A DNA stretch of 64,000 nucleotides from Bugula neritina (taxonomy: Eukaryota > Animalia > Bryozoa), in NCBI GenBank assembly GCA_964035545.1, contig OZ037765.1, positions 21,575,504 through 21,639,503 of the forward strand, in the 5' to 3' direction. Below are positions 20,313 to 32,018 of this stretch, piece by piece. Every line of letters starts with the position of its first letter. The first letter of the stretch is position 1. The position numbers and the translations under genes are program-made. The notes beneath the pieces were generated by a model that ran no database searches, had not been told where the DNA came from, and worked only from the letters and a program-made list of their open reading frames with translations.

Positions 20313-23300
20313 TTAATGCACAAAGCCTATTGCAGATAACTGTCGTTGATGCAGATCATTGTAAACCTTCTGTTCAGTTGAGAGATATCTATCCATTTGA
20401 GAGAATGGTTTGGGATCAAGATCAATAATAGTGACATTGCAGTTGAATACTTGACTTTTTCCTGAATCAGTGATTGTAAAGGTGTGCTCAGATGACTCCT
20501 CTCCGGCACCATCTTCCGAGCATTTACTTCCTCGTTGAAATGTTATGAGAATTGAGGCATCTTTTGCAGTACGATAGATTAGATAATTTCGAACCTGCAA
20601 CAATAGTTTCCAACTTTTCACAACAGAAAATTAAATGATCACCAAAACTTTTCAAGGTAATTCCAAATTCTAACTTTAGATTGGGCAAAAGTGTTGTATA
20701 ACCATGAGCAGGGCGCTCAGCAATAAGTTTTAGAGGCAGATTACCACTTTTTTATCATTTAAAAACATTTGTAGTAACAGAAATAAAACATGATAGCAGG
20801 GCATTAAAGGTGTTCCATACAGAAACAATGGAGTAAAGATACTCAATAGCAACACGTTAAGTGCAAATCAACTAGATTTACACGATGCTCTTCAAGACTT
20901 GGTAATTACAGTGATATTCTATTTGGCAGTGACAAAATCACAGCTGATGGTATAGAAACACTATTACATACTTTAATGAAATCTAGCATTACTTCAGCAG
21001 AAACTCCTTGAGGTAGAGTAGGCCTGCAGCCCAACCTCCACAGGCCAGTATCATAAGGTCCATCAATACATAGTTTAGTTTTGATGCTGGGGTCAACAGC
21101 TATGAGTGACTTTAAATTCTTATAAGCCCTACAAGAGAAAGAAAGTTGTTTGTGCAAACAGAACAACGACAAACCTAAACGCCAGTAACATACTTGGAGA
21201 AAACCAAGTTTTTCTGCCAAAGGCATTAATTTTTTGAGTGACATTGCACATATTATAGCTTGATTTTCAATTATGTACTTGTGCCATTGAGTTACTAGTT
21301 ATTGAAACTATCAAGTCTCATGATATAAACTGATCATATTATAAAGCTGTACTCACTGTTGTAGTTCTTCTAGGTTGCCACACCCAAAGGTTTGAGCATT
21401 AGCAAAAGTCTCCAATACACAACCACTTGGAAGATAGGAAGGCTGTTGCCTGTTTAACTTTTCAGTTGGACAAAATAATGTGAAATCAGATTTCTTAGTT
21501 GATTGTCGGCTATGAGTTAGGCAGCTTATCAACAAATTGGTAAGTGTATCCAATCTATAACATTCCAGAAAAACAGTTTATTCTCTTTTTATTGCTAATA
21601 AAACACATCAGTTTTTGAGATTGTTTTCATAGTAAAAAGAGAAAGGCAACATAGAACATGCATTAGACAAAGATGCATTCCGTGTAACAAAAGTCAGTAA
21701 AGTCTGTTAACCTATGCTGGCACTTATATGTAGTATTAAGTTGACTAAAAAGAACAGCTGCCTTTAAGGTAACACACTCACACACACGAATGCTATACAT
21801 CCACATAGAAATGTTGATGGAATTCAGACTTTTAGTTCTGAGACTTACATAGTGCTGTTGGTGCCCTTGGAAAGATGTGAAGCAAAATAAGCCTCTACAT
21901 CCTCAGCAGAGTGCAAGGTAGGGGTGATGTCTGTGCCATCCTGTAGTCATGTTAGTCAAATTATTACATGATTTATGCTCCAAACAATGAACTAAAACTT
22001 CCAGTTGTTGTATAAGCAGCTCGAGATGGGGAGGGGTGAATGAATGCAGTAGTTTGGGTTTTTCGAGCTTGCAGTTGGGGGTTGCAACTGAAACCCCAAT
22101 TCCAAACTTGAGAACCCGGACTACTGCATCCATCCACTCCCAACTCGGAGCTGCTTATAGAACAATCCCAAAGGAGGGTCTCACTAAAAAAGCCACTGTA
22201 ACACACAACATAATACTTTTGACATCGGCTAAGCTTACCTCAAATATCCTGAGTTTGTTGCGAGAGCAGTTGATATCTTCTAACAGCTGTTTTATACATT
22301 TTCTCATTCGGCTTTGGTTTCTAAGCATAAAAGAAGATGATAGGAATATAAATATCATTTGATTGAGATGACAAAAATATTCATGTAACTAATACAACCC
22401 TTCAACAATAAGAACAGTAAACAAATGGAAATGAATGCATGGACTGTACTAATTTGGATTTACAGTAATTTAAAATCCGCAGCACTCCAACTTGGATACA
22501 AATAAATTAATCTTAAGCCAGTGTATTAGACAAATCTCACTCACCCAGAAAACAGCTCCTGAGGGCAGTACCGGCTAAGCCTCTTGTTATTATGCTGAAA
22601 ATCATAAGCCACAGACATTATTATGTAACAAGTTCATTGCACTATCCAACTCAGACAACACACACTCCAAAACCTAGTTACAACCATAGAACTATAACCA
22701 TATAGTTTCAGTTCAGTGGTTACAACTGTCATAAAATAAGGCATCTGATTGTTATATAATAATATTGTTATTAGTGCATCTTATTTTCTGATGCCAAGTG
22801 GTGAATTTCCACTCAGTTGATTTGAAACTCTGATACTGCTAATTTGATAATACTAAATCCTTGAAATTTTTGTTTGATACTAGCTATAGGCAGAGGGGCA
22901 GAGTTACCTCACCTTGTGTAAAAAAGATTTGGTGATGCAATAAAAGCAGTTTCCTCCAGCACTAGTGCATTGTGGTACATCATCACGGCACATATCCTCA
23001 CACAGTATATTGTTGTAGGATCTGGCAACAGAACCAGCCTAGAAACAGTGACACACACTTACAGACTACAGACATTACTGGCTGCACAGGGTGTTAATTA
23101 GAGTGGGAAGACATGTCTAGCACGAATTAATGAATGTTAGTTAGAAATACATGCTGTGCTCAAACATAATATTATAAAGATATCATAATAACCTCAGGTG
23201 ATGGCAATCACTGAAAAAGACAGGTAGTTGAACAGCCTGTGTTCAATTAAAGTCATTTTGTTTTACAGCTTTATTCAATTAGCACAAATATTTCAAAGGC

Positions 23301-26300
23301 TGAAGCTTGATTATACAACTGAGAGTTTTCCACAACTTTCTAATTTGCTGAGAAGTAGTAGCTGTGAAGCCAATCGTATGGTTTAATGAAAGTCAGTGAA
23401 GTAGATTATATGTTAGATTAAGTAAATATCCGAATCCTCTAAAGCAGATAGCAAAGATTAGTGAATCAATAAAGTGAGTTAAACTAACTTTTGGGTACTT
23501 GAGTGTTTGCAGATTGAGTTATAGCCACAGCAAATGAATGGCTAACTAAATCAGGTACAAAAACTTTTCAAGTCAAGTCTAAATCAATCAGTGAATTCAA
23601 TTTGCTCTAGATGATATTCCTATAGCCATTTTCCTGTTAAAGATTTCAAGCTACATACAACCAATCAAACATTTAATGCTATGAGTTTGCTACTAACTAA
23701 CTTATATTCAACATACAACATGTAAAAGCTCCAATAATAAAATAGCATTTTATTTTACCTTCAGTTCAAACATGAATGAGGATATGTTAGAGTTTCTAAG
23801 AGGAGCTGGTAGAAAAGCGTAGTCAGGTATATCCAGAACTGTTGGACAGAGTGATATTGATTTAAACATTCTATTGCCTAAAAATGAGAAACTTTGTAAA
23901 TTCAACTTGATCATGTGTCAGGAGAACAGCTCTGGAAATGCAGATTTTTTACCTACACCCTGTTTGGTTTTAAATATATAAGAAGTTTTTATTATATAAT
24001 AAAGCACCTATAAAAATGCAAGCAAATACATGTAGACATGTGCTTCTAGTCATTAAAAACAAGCAAGTAGTCACAGAGTGTTCTACGATTGAATATTTCA
24101 GAATTTAAAAGCTCTTCAAAATGTATTTTGTTACTTTCCTCCCAATATGATTAAACAAATAGCTAAAATTGAATCGTTATATCTGGTTTCATTTGATTAA
24201 TGAAATTAGAATATCAACAAAGCAAGAATTTTTCAATTCTAGTTAATTTTAACCAACTTTTTCTAAATCATGGATATAAAAATATTAATTAGTAGTGAAT
24301 TGTTTGCAGAGTTTTATCTAAATTTACTAGTTGGTGCCAGCATGCTTACTTATTGATTACTATTCCAGTTGTAGTAAAATATCACACAGGAGCCTTGTTT
24401 CTAGCCACGATGAATTCACAATTATTTCAAATGAACAGTTTGATACATTTACAGCCAATACAAATGAAGAGAACTATATTTTACACCAAAATGAAAGATA
24501 GCTCATGTTTAAAAGTGCATTCTTATTGCAGTAAGCTACATCTTTACAACTCAGTAATACAGGTAACACATTTTGCTAGCATACCAATATGCATAAGTAA
24601 TATACATGAAGGAGCAGGGTAACAGATTTTAGTTGACAATTTTAATAGAAATTTGTAACATGAGAAGTTGTCCACTCATTGAACTAAAACTAAGCAACTT
24701 TTTAGTGGTTTGATTATCAAAAAAGCAACCATTTTCCAAACCTAAATATCAACATAAAAATAAACAGCATTTACATAAACAGCTTAAGGAGCATTTACAT
24801 TTCTGCGCCAAACAGCCACCCACCTGGTCTCTTGCTCTCAATGTCCTGGGCTAGCATTGCTAAAAACTGAGAGTTTATTGATTTCATAACCTAAAATACA
24901 AACATTGTATTAGGCTCACTACAGCTAGTTTGAGGGTTTAGTGCTTTCTATATACAAAAATATAATACATTTATTATCAGCTATGATTCTATATTTTTGT
25001 TGTTTTGAACCTTGACTATAAGTATGACTGGTGTCCTCAATATCTATAATCATATGCATTTAAATCATAATTATTGTTTACAATCTCCAGCAGCCTGCAA
25101 TAAATTACCAAATAATTATAAAAATAATGTTACTGGCTTTATAAACATCACATTATCTTGTCATATACAATATAAGCAAATCGTAAAAAGTCTGTTATCT
25201 AGGCAAATTAGATGATGAAAGAAATTTATAAGTCAATTAGATTGAGTAATCAACTTTTGCTATATTCACCATCAGTGGGATCAGAATTAAAAGCAAGTTA
25301 CAAAAACAGCAATAATATTGTAGCTGCTACAAATAATGAGGTATTTGTCCCCTGATGCTACAGTCACCTAGGGGAGTTTAGAGGCCAGGGGAGCCTGAAG
25401 ACTGAAGGAGTAGTAGGGAGGCCACTGGAGTTCAGGGAACTGGGTGGAATGTAGTGATGAGCTTACCCAGTGGTCCCAGAGTGTAATGGTTGCAAGCCAA
25501 AGGTATCTCAGTGGGGGCAATTATTTTTTAAATACTGCAGTTGTAGATAAGATATTAATTAGCAAGATTAACTTAGAAGTGGTTTCACATTTCGTAAAAT
25601 TCAGTTTGTGAAGAAGTGAGTAGGTAGCTGTAGTCTAACTGTTGAATTATCAGAAAATAAAATATTTGATCTTTTAGGTTTTGTTGCACAATTGCTGCAG
25701 GTTATGGTGTGTGTATATGTAACTGTATATCTATATTTGTTAGCTGCATCAGACTAACCTTTATTTCTATTTTAAACTGTTTCTTGGACTAATGAAGATG
25801 ACTCTATAGCTCAATGCATTATTCATGTAAATAGCTTCGCAAAACCAAAGAGGATAAAATTACCCAAAACTATTTAGCTATGGCATACAATATAATACAT
25901 TATCTCAAAATTTATTTGCCATATCAAATTCAATAGATTCAAAATTGCAGGTATTTTAAAGGGCTAGTTCTCACCAAACTTTGTAGCTATAAAAGTTGTC
26001 CAACTACTAGGATATAAATTTTAAAATCAAGATCCCAAACAGAATTTATAAGCCCGAGATCATAACAACAGATGCTCTTTGGGGTGGTTATGGAGGTCCT
26101 GCCTCAACAAAGAAGTACAGTTGCCCAGCAACCATACAACTTATGCCAACAATCACTAACTGCCAGCCAAAGCTGTCATTCCTTATCAACAGTGGCCAGC
26201 ATTATGAATACTATACAGTTGAATTCCATATTTATGTGAAATTAAACCACAAGCATCCAATGTTGAAAGTACAATATTCATGTTCAGGATGAACCATACC

Positions 26301-28483
26301 AACTCAATCAAAGTTAAATAAAAACATTATGTAAATAATTTAGCCAGAGCATTGAAAGGAAATATTGAATGGAAGTTCTAAAAATAAACTTGAGGCCAAG
26401 TTTTTAATGACATTGCCTGACCTCAGGCAAGATATATAAAGTTACCATTAACCCAACTTTAAATGGGCCAACAAAAATGCTTATACTTTAGTGGGAAAAA
26501 GCAAAAATAACCTCCGTGCAATCAAAACCATTTTTATTATCTGCAACTTCAAGACTTTGCCATTATTGCTGGAAATGCAGTTACCCTTATTTTAATACAC
26601 CACCTAAATCTCCACCAATTATGATCTTATGAACTAGGGCTTGAGGGTCAAAACCCTTTAAACAGTTGTTCAACAGCATTAGATTTCATATCAAGTTCTA
26701 ATATAGGAAGGTATAATTTCACAATTCCCCAATTGCCAACATACTGTATATGCAGGGCAAACTACACCAGTCATACAAGCTGACAGCTACTTCACATATA
26801 TACATACTGGAACTGACATGTAGTCCAAGTATAGTCTGTCCATCACACAGGCATTGTATTGTATCTGCTTAGTATAATGTGCCAATATGTCTTCATTAGT
26901 AACCTGAGAACAGAAAAGCAGAATTAAACTGAGAGTTATCCTCTCAAACTAGAATATTGTTAATTAATGAAGTAGAGTTTACAGTGATTCAAAGCAACTG
27001 TATTATCTTCAATTAGAATGTGTAGGTAGCACCCAGGCACAGACTATTTTCTCAATTAAAAGTTTAGCTAAAAAAATATTAGAATAAATAGTTTGGCCAA
27101 TAGTTGTAAATATTCTTACTATCAGCAGTAATAGTTTACCCAATAAAAAAATCTCAAATTTAGTTAAAGTGGATGCCAGTGTAAAGTATGCTGTTATATT
27201 ACCTTGATACATAATGGGTGAAGATTAGAAAAATGGAAAACTTTACTTTCCCTTCCCAAATATGCTGAATGTATTTATAGTTAACTGCTCTTTACAATCA
27301 GAAAACTAAATCATATGTAAATAAGCTCTTAGTAAGCTGCAACACTTACTGCAGTGCCATTAGCATCATACTTGGTACCAACTTTGAGGACTCTGTACAC
27401 TCTGCCATGCTGCAACATATTCAAACAGGATTAGCTTCAAGTCATCAGCTGATAATACTGACCACAACATTAGTTGTCAACATATTATTGTGGTGACCTC
27501 ATGTCAGAAGAATTTGTTGACAAACAACAGCTTCTAAATAATTATCAAATCTAAAAGCCAATAACTATGCTAAGTTTATAAAACTAACAAAACATATTGA
27601 AAGGTTTTGATAATTAATAAGAAATATCTCTATTATATAGTAGATAGAGTAAAGAATAAACAATGTTACAAAGCATCAATCAACTTTAATACACTCACCA
27701 GCTAAACAGAGTAATGAAATTTGTATAGCAGTTCGTACTTACTTTGGATAATTGTTTTTGACTTATTAAACAATTTTATGTAGATATTCAAATGTCTGCA
27801 GTATGCATAAATATAGTGACTGGTGTGTGGTATGTAGACAAACACAAATCAGGTTATTGTTGAGGTTTTTTTTACTAATAAAACTTATTATATTGATCCT
27901 AGTTTATTTTGAATAATTTGTATCAACTTTACATTACTACAAATATAACATGAATGACACATAGATCTGAGGGAATTGAACAGAAGAGCCGGAGAAACTG
28001 TTCATCAAAGGAGCTGGTCAAGTAAATAATGGCAGTGGCTATAAAGACTTCCGGATTTTAGAGTTTGACAATTTATGGAAGCTGTGCACCATGGACATAA
28101 TGCCAAACTGGTTTCCAACTAGCAACTTCACATAAACTACTGGTGAATGCAGTGGGCTATTAGAGCAAGTAAAAGAGACCTTGAGAAAAAATGGAGGGAT
28201 TGTGGTACCTCCGAGTACCCTAACCCTGACCACTGTTTTAAAGCATTTCTGCCTCTCTGCATTATATTGAATGCCAATAGAAACTGGGGTCAACAATTTG
28301 GCAATGCTTCTGGCGGTAAACCATAACATACTAATATCACATAGTTAGAAATGCAAGCACTATTTTGATATCAGCACATTCAGTATTTTAGACATCAAAA
28401 TGTATTACCTTTTTACTGTAGATAACTACATTGCAATTCCCCTCTGATCTATAACACCAGTCTGAGTATCTAAGACTTTCCAT
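20313..28483 (-). CDS. IPPK: Inositol-pentakisphosphate 2-kinase
   Basis: First coding exon 28409-28483 MESLRYSDWCYRSEGNCNVVIYSKK, then HGRVYRVLK, DIESKRP, FMFELK, SRYCPQELFSGNQSRM, TAKDASILITF and TIIDLDPKP. These are the IP5 2-kinase motifs in the expected order. Confidence 0.85.
22005..22165. mobile_element. MITE-like fold-back element in an IPPK intron
   Basis: Imperfect inverted arms of about 75 bp (tataagcagctc...atgcagtagt...ttgggg versus ccccaa...actactgcat...gagctgcttata). The flanking exons RIFE|DGTD join in phase without it. Confidence 0.75.
25345..25545 (+). repeat. Degenerate copy of the repeat found at 32994-33296
   Basis: Shares gaactgggtggaatgt, ttgcaagcc and gtgggggcaattatttt with the 33-kb copies. 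Confidence 0.7.
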
Positions 28484-29974
28484 TATCAGTTAGTGCTGGA
28501 CATCTGTGTGCATGTGGAATGACTGCAAATAATTGACAATAGAGTGAGAATAAACGGTTAATCACCCGCAACCCCATCAGGACATGGTGAGAAAGATGAG
28601 AAAAACGGGTTGTTCAGAATAAAAGATCTAAGGAGTCTTTGCAACTGAGTGAGTGGGAAAATAATTAACCTCATCCCTCCACTCAAAGACAGGTGAAGAC
28701 AGATTATTAGCCAAAGTAGATTAAATATATTTTTGGGAAAGAAGCATTCAAAAAGAAATTACACATAATACAATAATAAAATGACAAACATAGTTTGTAA
28801 TAAATATTTTTCCGGCAAAAATAATCTATAGGAGATTTAAATATATTTTTGTTAGGTAGCAACATTTTAGCTAGTTTATGACTTCAAAAATATAGCAATA
28901 TGTTTCAGAATCAAGTATAGCATACTTTACCCACCAGCAGCTCACATATAAATTAGCAAAAACAATTATTGTAATTTACTGGTTCACTTACTATTAGCAG
29001 TTGCAAGAAAGCAGTAATAAAAACAGCTAATGATTAATTATTGAAACCGCCTACGCAATATGTGCTTTCACATACAATATGCTGCTTAATCATTTGCACA
29101 TGCTAACAATTAAATACAAATAATTAGCAAATTTTCTCAAACAAAAATAAAACCATTGAAAAGTTTTACTAGAGATTCAAAAATGGGTAACTGTAAACAA
29201 AAACAACATATCTATGGTAGACAGAACAAATTTAAGCCCTATTACTTTACTTTGCTTTTTAATTTGACATGATATTCAAGTATAAGCCCAAAATTTGAAA
29301 AAAGATGCAAAACCAATATTGCAATCAGTTTATTTAATAAAATATTTCACTTTCAACATTAAAACACTCTTTAACTGATGATGGCAAAATTAGTTTTTTA
29401 TGCCATGTTAATTCTACTAACTACAGGCCAAGTGTTATGCTGCAATTTTAAAATAAAAGTAAAACATTCATCATCATACCAGTTGTCAATACAATAATTG
29501 TTTTCATTTTGGTCTGATCATACATTTCCAATACATTACAAACCCAAATTTTATAACTACAATTTCATGAAAATCAGTACTAAATTTCAAAAACATGCAT
29601 ATAACTTTGACATTAGTATAAACTAATTAGGTGATATTATGTAAAACTTGAAACCGTGTGATGCTGAATAGTTGAAAACCAACCAAATAGCTTCATTACT
29701 AATTTGCATTTAAACTGATACCGTGTCATCAGTTATTATTGTAAATACAACTGCAAAATAATATTCAAAAAAGTGTGGTAGACAAAAACCATGATATGAG
29801 TTTAGAAAGCAAAGTTGATGCATATATTGATAATGGATATTATTACTAGGTGCAATTAATAAATCGTATAAAACAATTGACAATTACTTCTTACCTTTTT
29901 ATAAAATTATCAATTTGCCTATGATCATTGTTATTTTACTAATGGGGAAGCTTTTTGGTATGTAATATGTATAA

Positions 29975-30190
29975 ACTCACTCACGCAAGTTTATAGCCGC
30001 TTTCCCTGTGAGAAACCCCTGATGGAAGAGGTTTTTGTTAGAACGGGCTAAAGATTTATTCATATGAGGCACAGGAGCAATTATGACTGGATGCTCTTCC
30101 TAACATCACCAATGGTCTTTGTCGGGGTTCGAACCAATGACTTCGTTTTCACAAAGCAAATGATTTAACCCCTAGACCATGGCTGCTCCC
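29975..30190 (-). mobile_element. tRNA-derived SINE
   Basis: Minus strand has an A-box (TGGTCTAGGGG), a B-box (GGTTCGAACC), a central GGAAGAGCATCC segment and a (GAGT)n tail. A related copy lies at 41510-41670. Confidence 0.7.
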
Positions 30191-30419
30191 TCATTTTGGT
30201 ATGTATAACATTTCTGTAAATTAAAGTTCAAGCATAACTTAAAGTACTTAGCCCTATAGCAAACCATGAAAAATTCAGCTAATTAGAAAATTGTATCTTG
30301 TAATATTGTCCTTGGGCAAAAGCATTCTTTTGAAAGAATTATGAATGAGCTGAAAATGCTTCTTCATTTTTGACTTAGAGGTTTTGACTACTGTTGCAAT
30401 TATAGCTTTCAATGCCAAA

Positions 30420-31780
30420 CAAAAGTATTAGAATACTCATTATAATTATAATGATAACCTTGACTGCTATGACTATTTCAACTATAATTATTATTAGACG
30501 ATTGCTGAGAAACACTGCTTTTATTAATATTACATATATATTACAGATTTTTATTAATATAACTAAGGATAGATATTGAAAAACACATTTTATAACGTAT
30601 TGAGCTTTAGTACACTGTAAGTGTAATAAAATTAAATATATTCAGACATATTGATAAATTTAAGGTAACATGTATTTTATAAACTTCCTAGTTATTCTGT
30701 TACAGCTAAGAATCAAATCAGTATCTTCACTCATAGTCATAGTCATACGGCTTACTTTAGTGTCATAGAGATACCTGTACTAATACTAATACTAATAGGG
30801 GCACTTATACCTACGGTGGTGAATTTATTATAATCAATATTAGTGAATATACTTATACTAATACTTATAGTTATAGTCAGAGTGAATAATTGACTCAGGT
30901 ATTGATTTTAACACTGATTTGCCTGCAGGCTATGAGAAATAGTAATAATAATACTAATGTCTAATAGTAATACTAATAGTAATAAACTAATACTAACAGT
31001 GAGAAATACTAATAGTCATACTCATACTCATAGACCATAGTAAATGTAATACTTATAGTTATACTTATAATAAGATTTAGAGTTAGTCTTATAGTTTAAG
31101 TTAGAACTTCAACTTGAACGTATAAGTTAGAAAGTTAAACAATAATATAAGACTAAGTAAACTTATAGTTATAGTATTAGTTATACAGTAGTTGTTATAC
31201 TTCTACGAATACTAATAGAAGTTATAACAAATCTAATTTAATTAAAATTAAACTTAATCTAATACTTATAGTTATACTTATACTTATAGTTATACTTAAT
31301 CTTATAGTTATAGTTTTATTTTAAAAACTACAATATTGATATAAAATTAAATATTATTATTATTATTATTAATATTAATACTATTACTATTAGTATTACT
31401 ATTACTCAGTATGAGTATTACTATTACTTAGTATTACTATTAGTATTAGTATTAGTATTAGTATTAATATTTAAATAATAAAATTATACTTGAAGTTAAT
31501 AATAATATAATAAATATAATCAACTTCCAGTCCAAGTATTCATTATGATTATCATATTCATATTCAACTTTATTGATATTCATATTGATATTGATATTCA
31601 TATTGTGGTTCGAACTATACTAATACAGTAATACGTAATACTAATAAGTAATACTAATAGTAATACTGAAAGTGAATACAGGAATCCATCCTCATTTTAT
31701 TTTCAAATTAAAAGATTATGTACATTTTCTAATATCAATACTAATAGTAATATTACCGCCAATACTAAGAGTGGAAAGCT
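30420..31780. repeat. TA-rich cryptic simple-repeat array
   Basis: Runs of (acttat/agttat)n, (attagt)n, (actaat)n and (agtcat)n. Confidence 0.85.
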
Positions 31781-32000
31781 TACTAGAAATCTTAGCTGAG
31801 AGTCATCACAAAGTCAGACTGATTACGAAACCGAATAGCAGGAAAAATAGAAAAAAAAATCGGCTTTTTCTATTCTGGTAATAATTAATTTACCTTCAAA
31901 ACCAAATACGTATAGCCTAAGCCACTATTCAAATGTTCGAAAAAAGACCGTTTACAAACGACAATTCACAAGCTGTAAAATGTTCAATGGATGCTTGTAA

Positions 32001-32011
32001 TAATTAGGTCA
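32001..32011 (+). promoter_or_regulatory. RORE/Rev-RE-type nuclear receptor monomer site
   Basis: TAATTAGGTCA fits WAWNTRGGTCA. A second site GAAATAGGTCA lies at 32180-32190. Confidence 0.55.
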
Positions 32012-32018
32012 TTTAAAA

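Noticed and set aside
21903-22362. Overlapping ORFs as extra IPPK exons
   Set aside because: They derive largely from the palindromic MITE, and the flanking exons join in phase without them.
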